Both the position numbers and the translations under genes were made by a program. From Dellaglioa kimchii (GTDB lineage: Bacteria > Bacillota > Bacilli > Lactobacillales > Lactobacillaceae): a stretch of DNA of 24,000 nt. Location: the NCBI RefSeq assembly GCF_046115505.1, contig NZ_CP170737.1:15908-39907 (forward strand), written 5' to 3'. Below the pieces are notes generated by a model. It was not told the origin of the DNA, made no database searches, and saw only the letters and a program-made list of their open reading frames with translations. This document shows, piece after piece, positions 1 through 7,840 of this stretch (positions are counted from its first letter, which is position 1; each line of letters begins with the position of its first letter).

Positions 1-562
1 GGATTGATTCAACAGCTGTCTGGGAAAAGAATCAAGATTCAGGATTTAGATGATTTATTGCTTTACAGCGAATAATCGGACACGGAAAAGTGGCGTATTA
101 CGAAGCGAGTGACCAGGGAGCTAAAAGTGTATTCATTGTTTGGTTTCCATGGAGCTTAGCCGGAATCTTGTTCAGCATCACCTTGACTAGAATGACGCGA
201 AAAATTGAAGAAATGGAACAAATGGTACCTACTACCATCCGACTTTTTTATACGAGTCATTGTGGAGTTTGTTGGGCTTTGTCCTCATCGTCACTATACG
301 GAACCGAAAACAGATTTTGCGTCAAGAAGAAGTCGCTTTGAGTTACGTTTTGTGGTACTCAGTGGGTCGGTTCTTCATTGAAGGTATGCGAACGAACAGT
401 TTATGGATTGGCGAGTGGATCCGCGTTTCGCAAGCCTTGTCTCTGGCCCTGTTTATTGGCGCGATTGTAGTATGGTTTATACGCAGACAAGATTATCCAC
501 CAATTTCTTATTATTCTGATGGCAATAAGGGGCAGAAAAAGACTATTAAGATGGTGAATTGA
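1..562 (+). pseudogene. lgt: prolipoprotein diacylglyceryl transferase (Lgt) 3' portion, decayed, running off the 5' window edge
   Basis: The frame of 209-562 reads NGTYYHPTFLYESLWSLLGF...LSYVLWYSVGRFFIEGMRTNSLW, the conserved C-terminal Lgt signature. Upstream Lgt-like pieces (IIGHGK..EA, LSRNLVQHHL, IEEMEQM) are scattered over three frames with stops (e.g. TGA 206-208), which implies at least two frameshifts. Confidence 0.6.
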
Positions 563-586
563 GCAAAAAGATAAAAAGAAGTGCCG

Positions 587-631
587 AACTTGATATGCGT
601 CAATTTTCGTTTGCTAAAAGTGAGCTATATT
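587..631 (+). promoter_or_regulatory. candidate promoter with an FNR/FLP-type box (TTGATATGCGTCAA, 590-603) and a -10-like TATATT (626-631)
   Basis: The box matches TTGAT-N4-ATCAA at 9/10 positions. A 19-nt block AACTTGATATGCGTCAATT is repeated at 1052-1070 (18/19 identical). Box start to -10 start is 36 bp, the same as at the second site. It lies upstream of the HMA gene. Confidence 0.5.
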
Positions 632-708
632 ACAGTTGTAAAGAGGAAAAGGCAGTGTTCATTAATCTGCTGCCGATAAAATAAAAACACATAAAGGAGA
701 TAGGAATT

Positions 709-942
709 ATGGAAAAAGCTATATTGCAATTAGAAACGTTGTCTTGTCCAAGTTGTATGCAAAAAATTGAAGGTGCCGTGAAATCAGTTAACGGTGTTGA
801 TAAAGACAGCATTAAAGTATTATTCAACTCCAGCAAAGTCAAAGTCGATTTTGATTCAGCTGTCACTTCGATTGAAGAGATTCAAAAAGCTATCGAAAAC
901 GTAGGCTATCCGGTCCTTAAAGCAAAAGTCAAGGCCGCTTAA
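709..942 (+). CDS. heavy-metal-associated (HMA) domain protein, CopZ-like metallochaperone, 77 aa
   Basis: The N-terminal metal-binding loop is LETLSCPSCMQKIEGAV (CxxC), the size fits a ferredoxin-like fold, an SD AAGGAG lies upstream, and the gene sits directly upstream of a P1B ATPase. Confidence 0.85.
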   Translation: MEKAILQLETLSCPSCMQKIEGAVKSVNGVDKDSIKVLFNSSKVKVDFDSAVTSIEEIQKAIENVGYPVLKAKVKAA

Positions 943-1051
943 CAGATTAAATGAACTAGGCAATTCTGGAAGGAAAGCTATTTTTCCAGGATTGCTTTTT
1001 TTGTTGCAATCCGATTCGAGGTGCTTAGAAACGATAAAAGAGAACTTTCTA

Positions 1052-1096
1052 AACTTGATATCCGTCAATTAATTACTTAGGCAATTATCTTATACT
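1052..1096 (+). promoter_or_regulatory. candidate promoter with a second FNR/FLP-type box (TTGATATCCGTCAA, 1055-1068) and a -10-like TATACT (1091-1096)
   Basis: It has the same 19-nt block as 587-605 with one G/C difference, and the same 36-bp spacing from box to -10. It lies directly upstream of the ATPase gene. Confidence 0.5.
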
Positions 1097-1139
1097 TTGT
1101 TTATCAATAAAAGAGAAATTAAATTTGGAGGGAAAAAGC

Positions 1140-3002
1140 ATGCAACAATATATATTAAGCAAAAAAAATGTTATCACCGTCATCAGTGGATTGTTAATCG
1201 CACTCGGTTTCTTCAGTCACTTTGTTTTAGAAAACGTAGGACTTTCAGAGTGGTCTTTGATCATCGCCTCTGTCTTTGGGATTATGCCAATTGCCATTCA
1301 AGCGTTTCAAGCAATGAAAGTCAAAGTCATCAGTATTGATGTCTTAGTTAGTATTGCAGCGATTGGTGCGCTTTTTATTCAAAATTATGAAGAATCGGCT
1401 ATTGTCACGTTCTTATTCTTATTCGGACACTACTTGGAACATCGAACATTGAACCAAACGCGATCTGCTATCAAAGAATTGACTGAAATGGCACCCGAAA
1501 GCGCCTTGAAACAAATGGATAATGGCGAATTTGAAGAAGTAGAAGTGGATGATGTAGATGAAGGGGATATCTTGCTCGTTAAAACGGGTGCGAAAGTTCC
1601 AGTAGATGGTACAGTTCTTACGGGTGAAGGGCATATCAATGAAGCTAGCATTACAGGTGAAGCTGTTCCGGTCAACAAGCTAGCTGATGCAGAAGTTTTT
1701 GCAGGAACCATTTTAGAAAACGGAACGATTCAAATCAGAGCTGACCGAGTTGGTGAGGACACCACATTTGGAAAAATTGTTGAACTCGTGGAAGAAGCAC
1801 AAGATTCTAAATCCGAAGCGGAACGGTTCATTGATCGCTTTTCTAAATACTACACACCAGCTGTCTTGGTCCTGGCAATTGTTGTATGGGCGTTCAGTCA
1901 AAATATTGAGTTAGCAATCACCATCTTGGTTCTAGGTTGCCCAGGCGCATTAGTTATCGGAGTGCCTGTCTCAAACGTTGCCGGTATTGGGAATGGTGCT
2001 CGTAACGGTGTTCTTTTAAAAGGGAGTGAAGTCATTCAAGACTTCAGCAATGTGGATACAATTGTATTTGATAAGACAGGTACTTTAACTGTCGGAAACC
2101 CAACCGTTGCAGCGACTGAACTGTATGAAAAAGATTCTGCTGAAACGCTTGGCTATCTGGCCAGTGTGGAACGGGAATCAGATCATCCATTAGCAAAAGC
2201 GGTCTTAAATCAAATTGGAGAAACAAACTTTTATCCTGTTGAAGAAACTGAAGTCGTGAAAGGCGGCGGAATCGTTTCAAGTGTAGCTGGACATAGAGTG
2301 GCTGTCGGGAATGTGGCCTTGATGGAAAAAGAAAATGTCACTCTCAGCAAAAAAGTGCAAAAAGATGTCAAACGGTTTGAACAACAAGGGAACTCTCTCG
2401 TTTTGACAGCGGTCGACGGTGAATTAAAAGTACTGATGGGCATTCGCGACCAAGTCCGTCCGGGTGTGAAAGCTAATTTGCAGGAATTAAAAGACCTGGG
2501 CGTAAAAAATCTAGTCGTTCTTTCAGGAGATAACCAAGGAACCGTTGATGTGGTCGCAGGCGAACTTGGTTTGACCGAAGCTCACGGCCACATGTTGCCG
2601 GAAGACAAATCGGCTTATATCGGAAAACTCCAACAACGTGGTCAAATTGTAGCCTTTGTTGGAGATGGCGTTAACGATAGTCCGTCCTTAGCTTTAGCAG
2701 ACATTGGCATCGCAATGGGAAGCGGAACGGACGTAGCGATCGAAACATCCGATGTCGTTTTAATGAACTCGAACTTCAGCAACTTGCCTCACGCATTAGG
2801 AATAGTAAAAGCTACCGCAAATAATATGAAACAAAATATCGCGATTTCAATTGGAGTAGTGTTGGTCTTGTTGACCAGCGTCTTCTTCAGCGAATGGATG
2901 AATATGTCTATCGGAATGTTGGTTCATGAAGGTAGTATCCTGGTGGTAATTTTCAATGCCATGAGATTAATGAAGTATAAGTTGAAAGGTCGAAAAGAAT
3001 AA
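1140..3002 (+). CDS. heavy-metal translocating P1B-type ATPase, 620 aa, no N-terminal metal-binding domain, CPG in place of the CPC/SPC motif
   Basis: Motifs present are ITGEAVP (actuator), FDKTGTLT (phosphorylation site), GDGVNDSPSL (hinge) and HEGSILVVIFNAMRL (last TM, as in Zn/Co-type pumps). The TM motif is LVLGCPGALVIGVP. The ORF opens at TTG 1125, but ATG 1140 is preceded by GGAGGG (1127-1132) at 7-nt spacing. Confidence 0.85.
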   Translation: MQQYILSKKNVITVISGLLIALGFFSHFVLENVGLSEWSLIIASVFGIMPIAIQAFQAMKVKVISIDVLVSIAAIGALFIQNYEESAIVTFLFLFGHYLEHRTLNQTRSAIKELTEMAPESALKQMDNGEFEEVEVDDVDEGDILLVKTGAKVPVDGTVLTGEGHINEASITGEAVPVNKLADAEVFAGTILENGTIQIRADRVGEDTTFGKIVELVEEAQDSKSEAERFIDRFSKYYTPAVLVLAIVVWAFSQNIELAITILVLGCPGALVIGVPVSNVAGIGNGARNGVLLKGSEVIQDFSNVDTIVFDKTGTLTVGNPTVAATELYEKDSAETLGYLASVERESDHPLAKAVLNQIGETNFYPVEETEVVKGGGIVSSVAGHRVAVGNVALMEKENVTLSKKVQKDVKRFEQQGNSLVLTAVDGELKVLMGIRDQVRPGVKANLQELKDLGVKNLVVLSGDNQGTVDVVAGELGLTEAHGHMLPEDKSAYIGKLQQRGQIVAFVGDGVNDSPSLALADIGIAMGSGTDVAIETSDVVLMNSNFSNLPHALGIVKATANNMKQNIAISIGVVLVLLTSVFFSEWMNMSIGMLVHEGSILVVIFNAMRLMKYKLKGRKE

Positions 3003-3096
3003 AAAGAAGTATCAGCACCTGCAGAGACAGTAAAAATATCTTAAGAATAAACTAGAAGAGGCTGGGACAATAGTCCATCCTTGAAATGACAAAAGC

Positions 3097-3138
3097 GGAA
3101 ACTCCCAGATTTAAAATTCTGGGAGTTTCCACTTTTTT
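3097..3138 (+). terminator. rho-independent terminator
   Basis: A perfect 13-bp stem GGAAACTCCCAGA / TCTGGGAGTTTCC (3097-3109 / 3118-3130) has an 8-nt loop and is followed by T6. Confidence 0.75.
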
Positions 3139-3617
3139 GAGTTCTTGAAAAAAAATAAGAGTATAGAGTATGCTCTTTATAAAATTAATTTTCGTGTGAA
3201 TGATTAAAAAATCTAATAATAAAATTTAAATTCCTATTAAGTTTTAACACATGAAATTACATAATTCATCATATTGGCTATATCGTGTTTACGATATTAA
3301 TAAGGAAGCAAAATTAGAGAAGTATCATGGCAATCTAGAACAATATTTTAGTTTTGAACCAACTGATTATCTTGCTTTGAAGAAAGATAATTAGAACGTA
3401 CAGGGCCCATTTTTATACTTTAATCTGGTAAATTTCTTATTCATGGCAGTAACTACTACGGTATATTTAATGTTTAAGTACATAAATATTTTTTATAATT
3501 TTGACTTATAATTCACTTGAAGGATATTTAATCTTTAGGATTGCCAAAAAATAACGTACTGAGATTATCTCAGCAAATGTTCATATAAATAACTAGAAAA
3601 TCGACAAATAAATAGAT

Positions 3618-3647
3618 ATAATTAATTTGTGATCTAAAATGATTATA
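3618..3647. promoter_or_regulatory. AT-rich imperfect inverted repeat upstream of the Fur-family gene (possible Fur/PerR-type box)
   Basis: ATAATTAATTT (3618-3628) versus the reverse complement of AAAATGATTAT (3637-3647) matches at 9/11. It ends about 18 nt before the start codon. The resemblance to the TTATAAT-N-ATTATAA type of box is only partial. Confidence 0.25.
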
Positions 3648-3664
3648 AATTAAAAAGGGGATAT

Positions 3665-4084
3665 ATGTCTGCATTAAATGAAATTATTGAAAAGTTACGT
3701 AGTGCTGGTTTTAAGGCTACGCCGCAACGAAAATCAATTATTCAATATTTAATAGATTCTGATACGCATCCAAGCGCTCAACAAATTTCTGATGATTTGC
3801 ATGCAAATTTGACTACAGTGTACAACACGCTAGCCATCTTAGAATCCGAAAATTTTGTTATCACAATTGAAAATGAGCAAAGTGGAGAGAAATCGTATGA
3901 TTTTTTCGATATACCACACTATCATTTAGTTTGTGTTCATTGTGGCAAGATTGAAGATAAATCAGATATTGATTTTGCGCCTTTATGGCAAAAGGTTCAA
4001 AATCATTCAACTTTTAAACCTAAGCAGATACATCTTGAATTTACGGGTGTATGTGCGCAGTGTCAGTTGAAAGGACTGCAATAA
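3665..4084 (+). CDS. Fur-family metalloregulator (Fur/PerR/Zur type), 139 aa
   Basis: The N-terminal winged helix reads ATPQRKSIIQYLIDSDTHPSAQQISDDL..VYNTLAILE. The structural Zn site is formed by paired CxxC motifs (CVHCGKIED ... CAQC). An SD AAAGGGG lies upstream. Confidence 0.85.
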   Translation: MSALNEIIEKLRSAGFKATPQRKSIIQYLIDSDTHPSAQQISDDLHANLTTVYNTLAILESENFVITIENEQSGEKSYDFFDIPHYHLVCVHCGKIEDKSDIDFAPLWQKVQNHSTFKPKQIHLEFTGVCAQCQLKGLQ

Positions 4085-4092
4085 ATATAGAT

Positions 4093-5037
4093 ATGACAAT
4101 ACAAATTAATCAAGCGCAAGACGTTTGGAAAGATGTAGGGCGGAGTGTTGACTTTATCGTCCTCAAGCTAAAGCGGGAAAATTTGGAACAAGACCAAGAA
4201 CAAATTGCTGACTTTTCTGATCGCTCACAAGCTATTCTTCGCTCGATGCAAATTAGAGCTGATAATGCTGATTTACGAATGAGTATAGGGTTTAGTTATG
4301 CGGCCTGGACCTATTTATTTCCCAATGCTAATGTGCCGAGTGAACTAGAATCATTTAAAGGATTAAATGGACCAGAGTACGCGATGCCTGCAACAGACGG
4401 CGATGTATTTATTCACGTACGAGCTAAAGAAGAGGCAGTTGTTTATGAAACTGTTTCCCAATTAATGCAATTTTTAAGTCCAATTGCCGAAGTTATTGAT
4501 GAAACAAAAGGATTTCGTTATTTTGAAGGGCGTGCCATTATTGGTTTCATCGATGGTACGGAAGCACCGAGTGCAGTAGACGCAGCTGAATATGCACTAA
4601 TTGGTGAAGAAGATTCTGAATTTGAAAATGGCTCGTATGCTTTTGCTCAAAAGTGGATTCATGATATGAATTTTTGGAAAAGTTTATCAACCGATACACA
4701 AGAAAAAGCAGTTGGAAGGCAGAAATTTACGGATTTAGAGTTAGATGACGACGATAAATTTGCAAATGCTCATAATGTGGCTTCAAAACTTGAAATTGAT
4801 GAAAAAGAGCAGAAGATTGTTCGTATGAACGTTCCTTTTTCTGATTTGAACACGAAACAAGTGGGTACCTACTTTATTGGTTATGCACGCCATTGGGAAG
4901 TAACTAAGGGTATGTTAAATCAGATGTTAGAAAAATCAGATTACTTGCTAACCTTCTCTCAAATTGTTAGCGGTCAACTCTTTTTTATTCCGTCTCGTCC
5001 AATGTTAGATAATATTGCCAGCGGCGAATTGTTCTAA
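4093..5037 (+). CDS. Dyp-type (dye-decolorizing) haem peroxidase family protein, 314 aa
   Basis: Family motifs are GDVFIHVRAKEE and IIGFIDGTEAPS (the GxxDGTENP-type motif). The start was moved to ATG 4093 (MTIQINQAQDVWKD) because the tracked start at 4051 overlaps the Fur stop. Neither start has a good SD, so the start is uncertain. Confidence 0.8.
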   Translation: MTIQINQAQDVWKDVGRSVDFIVLKLKRENLEQDQEQIADFSDRSQAILRSMQIRADNADLRMSIGFSYAAWTYLFPNANVPSELESFKGLNGPEYAMPATDGDVFIHVRAKEEAVVYETVSQLMQFLSPIAEVIDETKGFRYFEGRAIIGFIDGTEAPSAVDAAEYALIGEEDSEFENGSYAFAQKWIHDMNFWKSLSTDTQEKAVGRQKFTDLELDDDDKFANAHNVASKLEIDEKEQKIVRMNVPFSDLNTKQVGTYFIGYARHWEVTKGMLNQMLEKSDYLLTFSQIVSGQLFFIPSRPMLDNIASGELF

Positions 5038-5058
5038 AATAATAGAGGAGAGTGGCTG

Positions 5059-6346
5059 ATGACATTAATACGACTTGTAAGTGTGCGCTTAATCTTGTGG
5101 TTTTTTATCTTAATTTTATTACCGTTGCCGTTCATTGTTCTGTTACTAACTGAGTTATCGATGCAATTTAGTTCTACTTTGTTTGGTATTATTGCTGGTT
5201 TGGTAGGCTACATTTGGATGTTACTAAGCATGTACTTGAGTACACGGCCACATTTGGTTAGATCGCTTAATTGGATTGCCAGAAGTATATATGATGCATG
5301 GGCTAGTGGCGTTAGTTGCAATTTTATCAGCTTGGATTCACAAAATGTTAGTGCACTCTGGTGGAATGATTTCATTAACAGGTGATGTTGGTTTATATAT
5401 TTTTTCTGGTGTTTTAGCTTACTCACTGGTGATGATGGCTGGATGGATAACGCGAAAAATAGTATTTTTACAAGCGATGAAACAATACTTTAGTAGATTT
5501 ATAAATCATGAATGGAGTGTTTGGTTGCATCGTTTGAATGTGGTAGGTGTTGTTGTTATATTTTTTCATGTTCAACTAATTGGTTATATCAGTCGATTGA
5601 ATGGCTTTATGGATTTATTTGATGGATTTTCGTTTATTGTAATCGGATACTACTTTTTTTATAAATGGATACAGCCACATTTAGATATAAGTGCGCAACT
5701 AATCGGTCGAACGGAAATTGGTGATAACATTCAAGAGTTAACAGTGCAATTGCCACCAAAATATCGATGGCACGCAGGTGACTGGTTATTTATTCGTTTT
5801 CCACACTATAAAGAGTTACGTGAGGCTCATCCATTTTCTATTGTGAACTTGCCAGATGAAACAGGTAGATTGAAGTTAGCAATTCGAGGTGACGGTGATT
5901 TTACTAGATACTTAAAAACATTATCGCCAGAAATAGAAGGAATTCATGTGAAATTAACAAGGCCATTTGGACAGTATCATCAATTTTTGAAGCAACATCA
6001 TGAAGATCAGCCATTGATTATTGTTGCTGGTGGAATTGGCATTACACCGTTTATATCTATTGCTCAAATGGCAGTGCAAAGACAACAACCAGTGACGTTT
6101 CTTTACTCAACTAAACACGAAAAGGATGCTATTTATTTAGATGAATTGACGAAGTTTAATCAAAGCGATATTTATTTCAAACATCAAGTAGGGCGGTTTT
6201 CTGATACACAAATTGTGGACATGATGCAAAAAAATGGTATCTATTTGCTGGCTGGTCCACATGCCATGACCAAATATTGGCGAAATTTTTTGAAAAATAG
6301 AGGCGTTGCGGATAGCAGTATTTATTTTGAACCCTTTGAGTGGTAA
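5059..6346 (+). pseudogene. NOX/FRE-type ferric-reductase-domain flavocytochrome (6-TM bis-haem domain fused to an FNR-like FAD/NAD(P)H domain), split by a frameshift near 5248-5252
   Basis: ORFs 5059-5385 and 5276-6346 join as ..YLSTRP|IWLDRLIGLPEVYMMHG.. if one nt is removed. The span is 1288 nt, one more than a multiple of 3. H-x13-H (HGLVALVAILSAWIH) and H-x12-H (HRLNVVGVVVIFFH) haem ligand pairs are present, together with HPFS (FAD) and GGIGITP (NAD(P)H) motifs. An SD GAGGAG precedes ATG 5059. Confidence 0.75.
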
Positions 6347-6441
6347 GCCGATAAGCTATTAGCAGCTATTAATGTAAAGGAAAGCACATTATGTTAACTC
6401 GGAATTACTAACAATTCTAATGTTAGAAAGGTAGACAAAAA

Positions 6442-6806
6442 ATGAGGTTATGGCACGAATCGTTAATTACAAAATTACCACGTCAACAATTGCTTGGACA
6501 ACATAGAGAGTGCTGTGCACTTCGTGGCGGCGGTGGGGGAAAAGGCACGCAACAGTGGATTATGTCTTTATTTACTCTCCATATAAATTGTTTAAATACC
6601 ACAAATTAGTTATGACGGAGATGTTAAATCGCGGATACAAACCGAATGAAAATTGGCTAAATCCTTTGTATCGTGGAAATAATATGATTCCTTATAAGTC
6701 CCTGCCTATTGAAGCATCAACTTATCCTATTTATCCTGAACACGACCATAATTATTTAATTGAATGTATTCAAAATTTGAGAAAAAAAGGTATTGAAATA
6801 AAATAA
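6442..6806 (+). pseudogene. pyrimidine-dimer DNA glycosylase (endonuclease V/DenV-like) family gene, frameshifted in a G-rich tract
   Basis: ATG 6442 gives MRLWHESLITKLPRQQLLGQHRECCALRG. The family sequence continues in another frame as WGKRHATVDYVFIYSPYKLFKYHKLVMTEMLNRGY (ORF 6510-6806). The shift falls in GGCGGCGGTGGGGG (6526-6539). The span is 365 nt, one less than a multiple of 3. Confidence 0.7.
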
Positions 6807-7188
6807 AAACATCATTCGTTGTGGGGTTACACACGAACAATGGCACAAGACTTAGAAGAGATATTTTCTAAGTATAAGTTTAATTTTGGATAAAAGAGTT
6901 ATAAATAGAGTGAGAATAATTAGTAGTAGACAAGTTGTCTTTGGAAAATAATCGATATCTACATAAAAAGTATTTATCTAAAATCAACTTTAATACTATT
7001 AACAATGAAAAGGAATATTTATAATTATCTGGTTATGTACTAGTTACGAGACTAGGTTGTCACTACATTTGAATTTGAAAAAGGTCTATGATTACATAGA
7101 AGACCTTGATACTTATACACCTATGTTGATGGAAGCATTGCATTTAAGTTTATGGTGTTATACAAATTAAAATTATAGGTGGTTTAGA

Positions 7189-7605
7189 ATGAAAAAAATT
7201 TATTTTTTATGTACAGGAAATTCTTGTCGCAGTCAAATGGCTGAAGGATATGCAAAAAAAATATTGCCGGCAAATGAGTTTCAAATCGAGAGTGCAGGGA
7301 TTGAAACTCATGGGTTAAATCTAAATGCTGTTAAAGTTATGGCTGAAGATGGAGTAGATATTAGTAGCCACTACTCTAAATTAATTGATCTAAATTATTT
7401 GAACACTTCAGATTTAGTTATTACTTTATGTGGTGATGCCAAGGATAAATGTCCTATGCTTCCCCCTCAAACCAAGAGTTTACACTGGCCTTTATCTGAC
7501 CCAGCGCAAGCCACAGGAACTTTAGAAGAACAACTACAAGAATTCCGTAAGGTTCGTGACGAAATTAAAAAATTAGTTACAAGTTTGAATAACTACGTTC
7601 ATTAA
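7189..7605 (+). CDS. arsC: arsenate reductase, thioredoxin-coupled LMW-PTPase type (pI258 ArsC type), 138 aa
   Basis: The catalytic P-loop is [13 protein letters not shown]. The downstream Cys pair context is [14 protein letters not shown]. An SD TAGGTGG lies upstream. No arsR, arsB or acr3 gene is adjacent. Confidence 0.9.
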   Translation: MKKIYFLCTGNSCRSQMAEGYAKKILPANEFQIESAGIETHGLNLNAVKVMAEDGVDISSHYSKLIDLNYLNTSDLVITLCGDAKDKCPMLPPQTKSLHWPLSDPAQATGTLEEQLQEFRKVRDEIKKLVTSLNNYVH

Positions 7606-7730
7606 TAAAAAAACGCCATATAGTGCCGCAGTAAAACAGTCCAATTAATTTATTGACTTCTAAGGAAAATACCAGGGCTTTGGTTATGAGCTAGATATGT
7701 GACTAGGCACTCACTAAAATGCCCTTCCAT

Positions 7731-7836
7731 TGAGGGACTATAATTATATAATGACCCCTCGAAAAGACTATTAAAACAGCCCCCATTATCTGACTAGTAG
7801 ATAATGGGGGCTGTTTTTTTGTTTAATGTTATAATA
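7731..7836 (-). repeat. copy A of a ~105-bp imperfect inverted repeat; includes a bidirectional terminator hairpin (7775-7815 plus a T-run to 7820)
   Basis: Its reverse complement aligns with 18144-18247 at about 70% identity by hand count. Conserved blocks are TATAACAT, CCCCCAnTATCTAC...AGATAnTGGGGGCT, TTTTCGAGGGG (11/11) and ATAGnCCCTC. It lies between the convergent arsC and the HigA-like gene. Confidence 0.7.
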
Positions 7837-7840
7837 GATC

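Noticed and set aside
630-1068. Minus-strand ORFs 630-866 and 856-1068 overlapping the HMA gene and its flanks
   Set aside because: They are antisense to a well-supported CxxC HMA gene and to the promoter region. They have no motifs and no SD.
1419-2443. Antisense ORFs inside the first ATPase gene (1419-1634, 1430-1711, 1713-1901, 2044-2280, 2231-2443), and the similar 14433-14894 inside the second ATPase
   Set aside because: They lie entirely opposite strongly supported P-type ATPase coding sequence. They have low-complexity or odd composition (e.g. S/T/P-rich), no SD and no family motifs, so they are shadow ORFs.
571-3010. 12-mer ATAAAAAGAAGT just after the lgt stop (571-582) and overlapping the ATPase stop (2999-3010), as possible direct repeats flanking an HMA-ATPase cassette
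   Set aside because: A single repeated 12-mer in an A-rich context is expected by chance several times in 24 kb, and there is no extended homology around it.
3251-3394. 47-codon ORF MKLHNSSYWLYRVYDINKEAKLEKYHGNLEQYFSFEPTDYLALKKDN, reminiscent of the C-terminal end of some nuclease or DUF-type defence proteins
   Set aside because: It is too short, has no SD, and the similarity is only an impression from the YWLYRVY pattern. It may be a gene remnant, but I cannot support a call.
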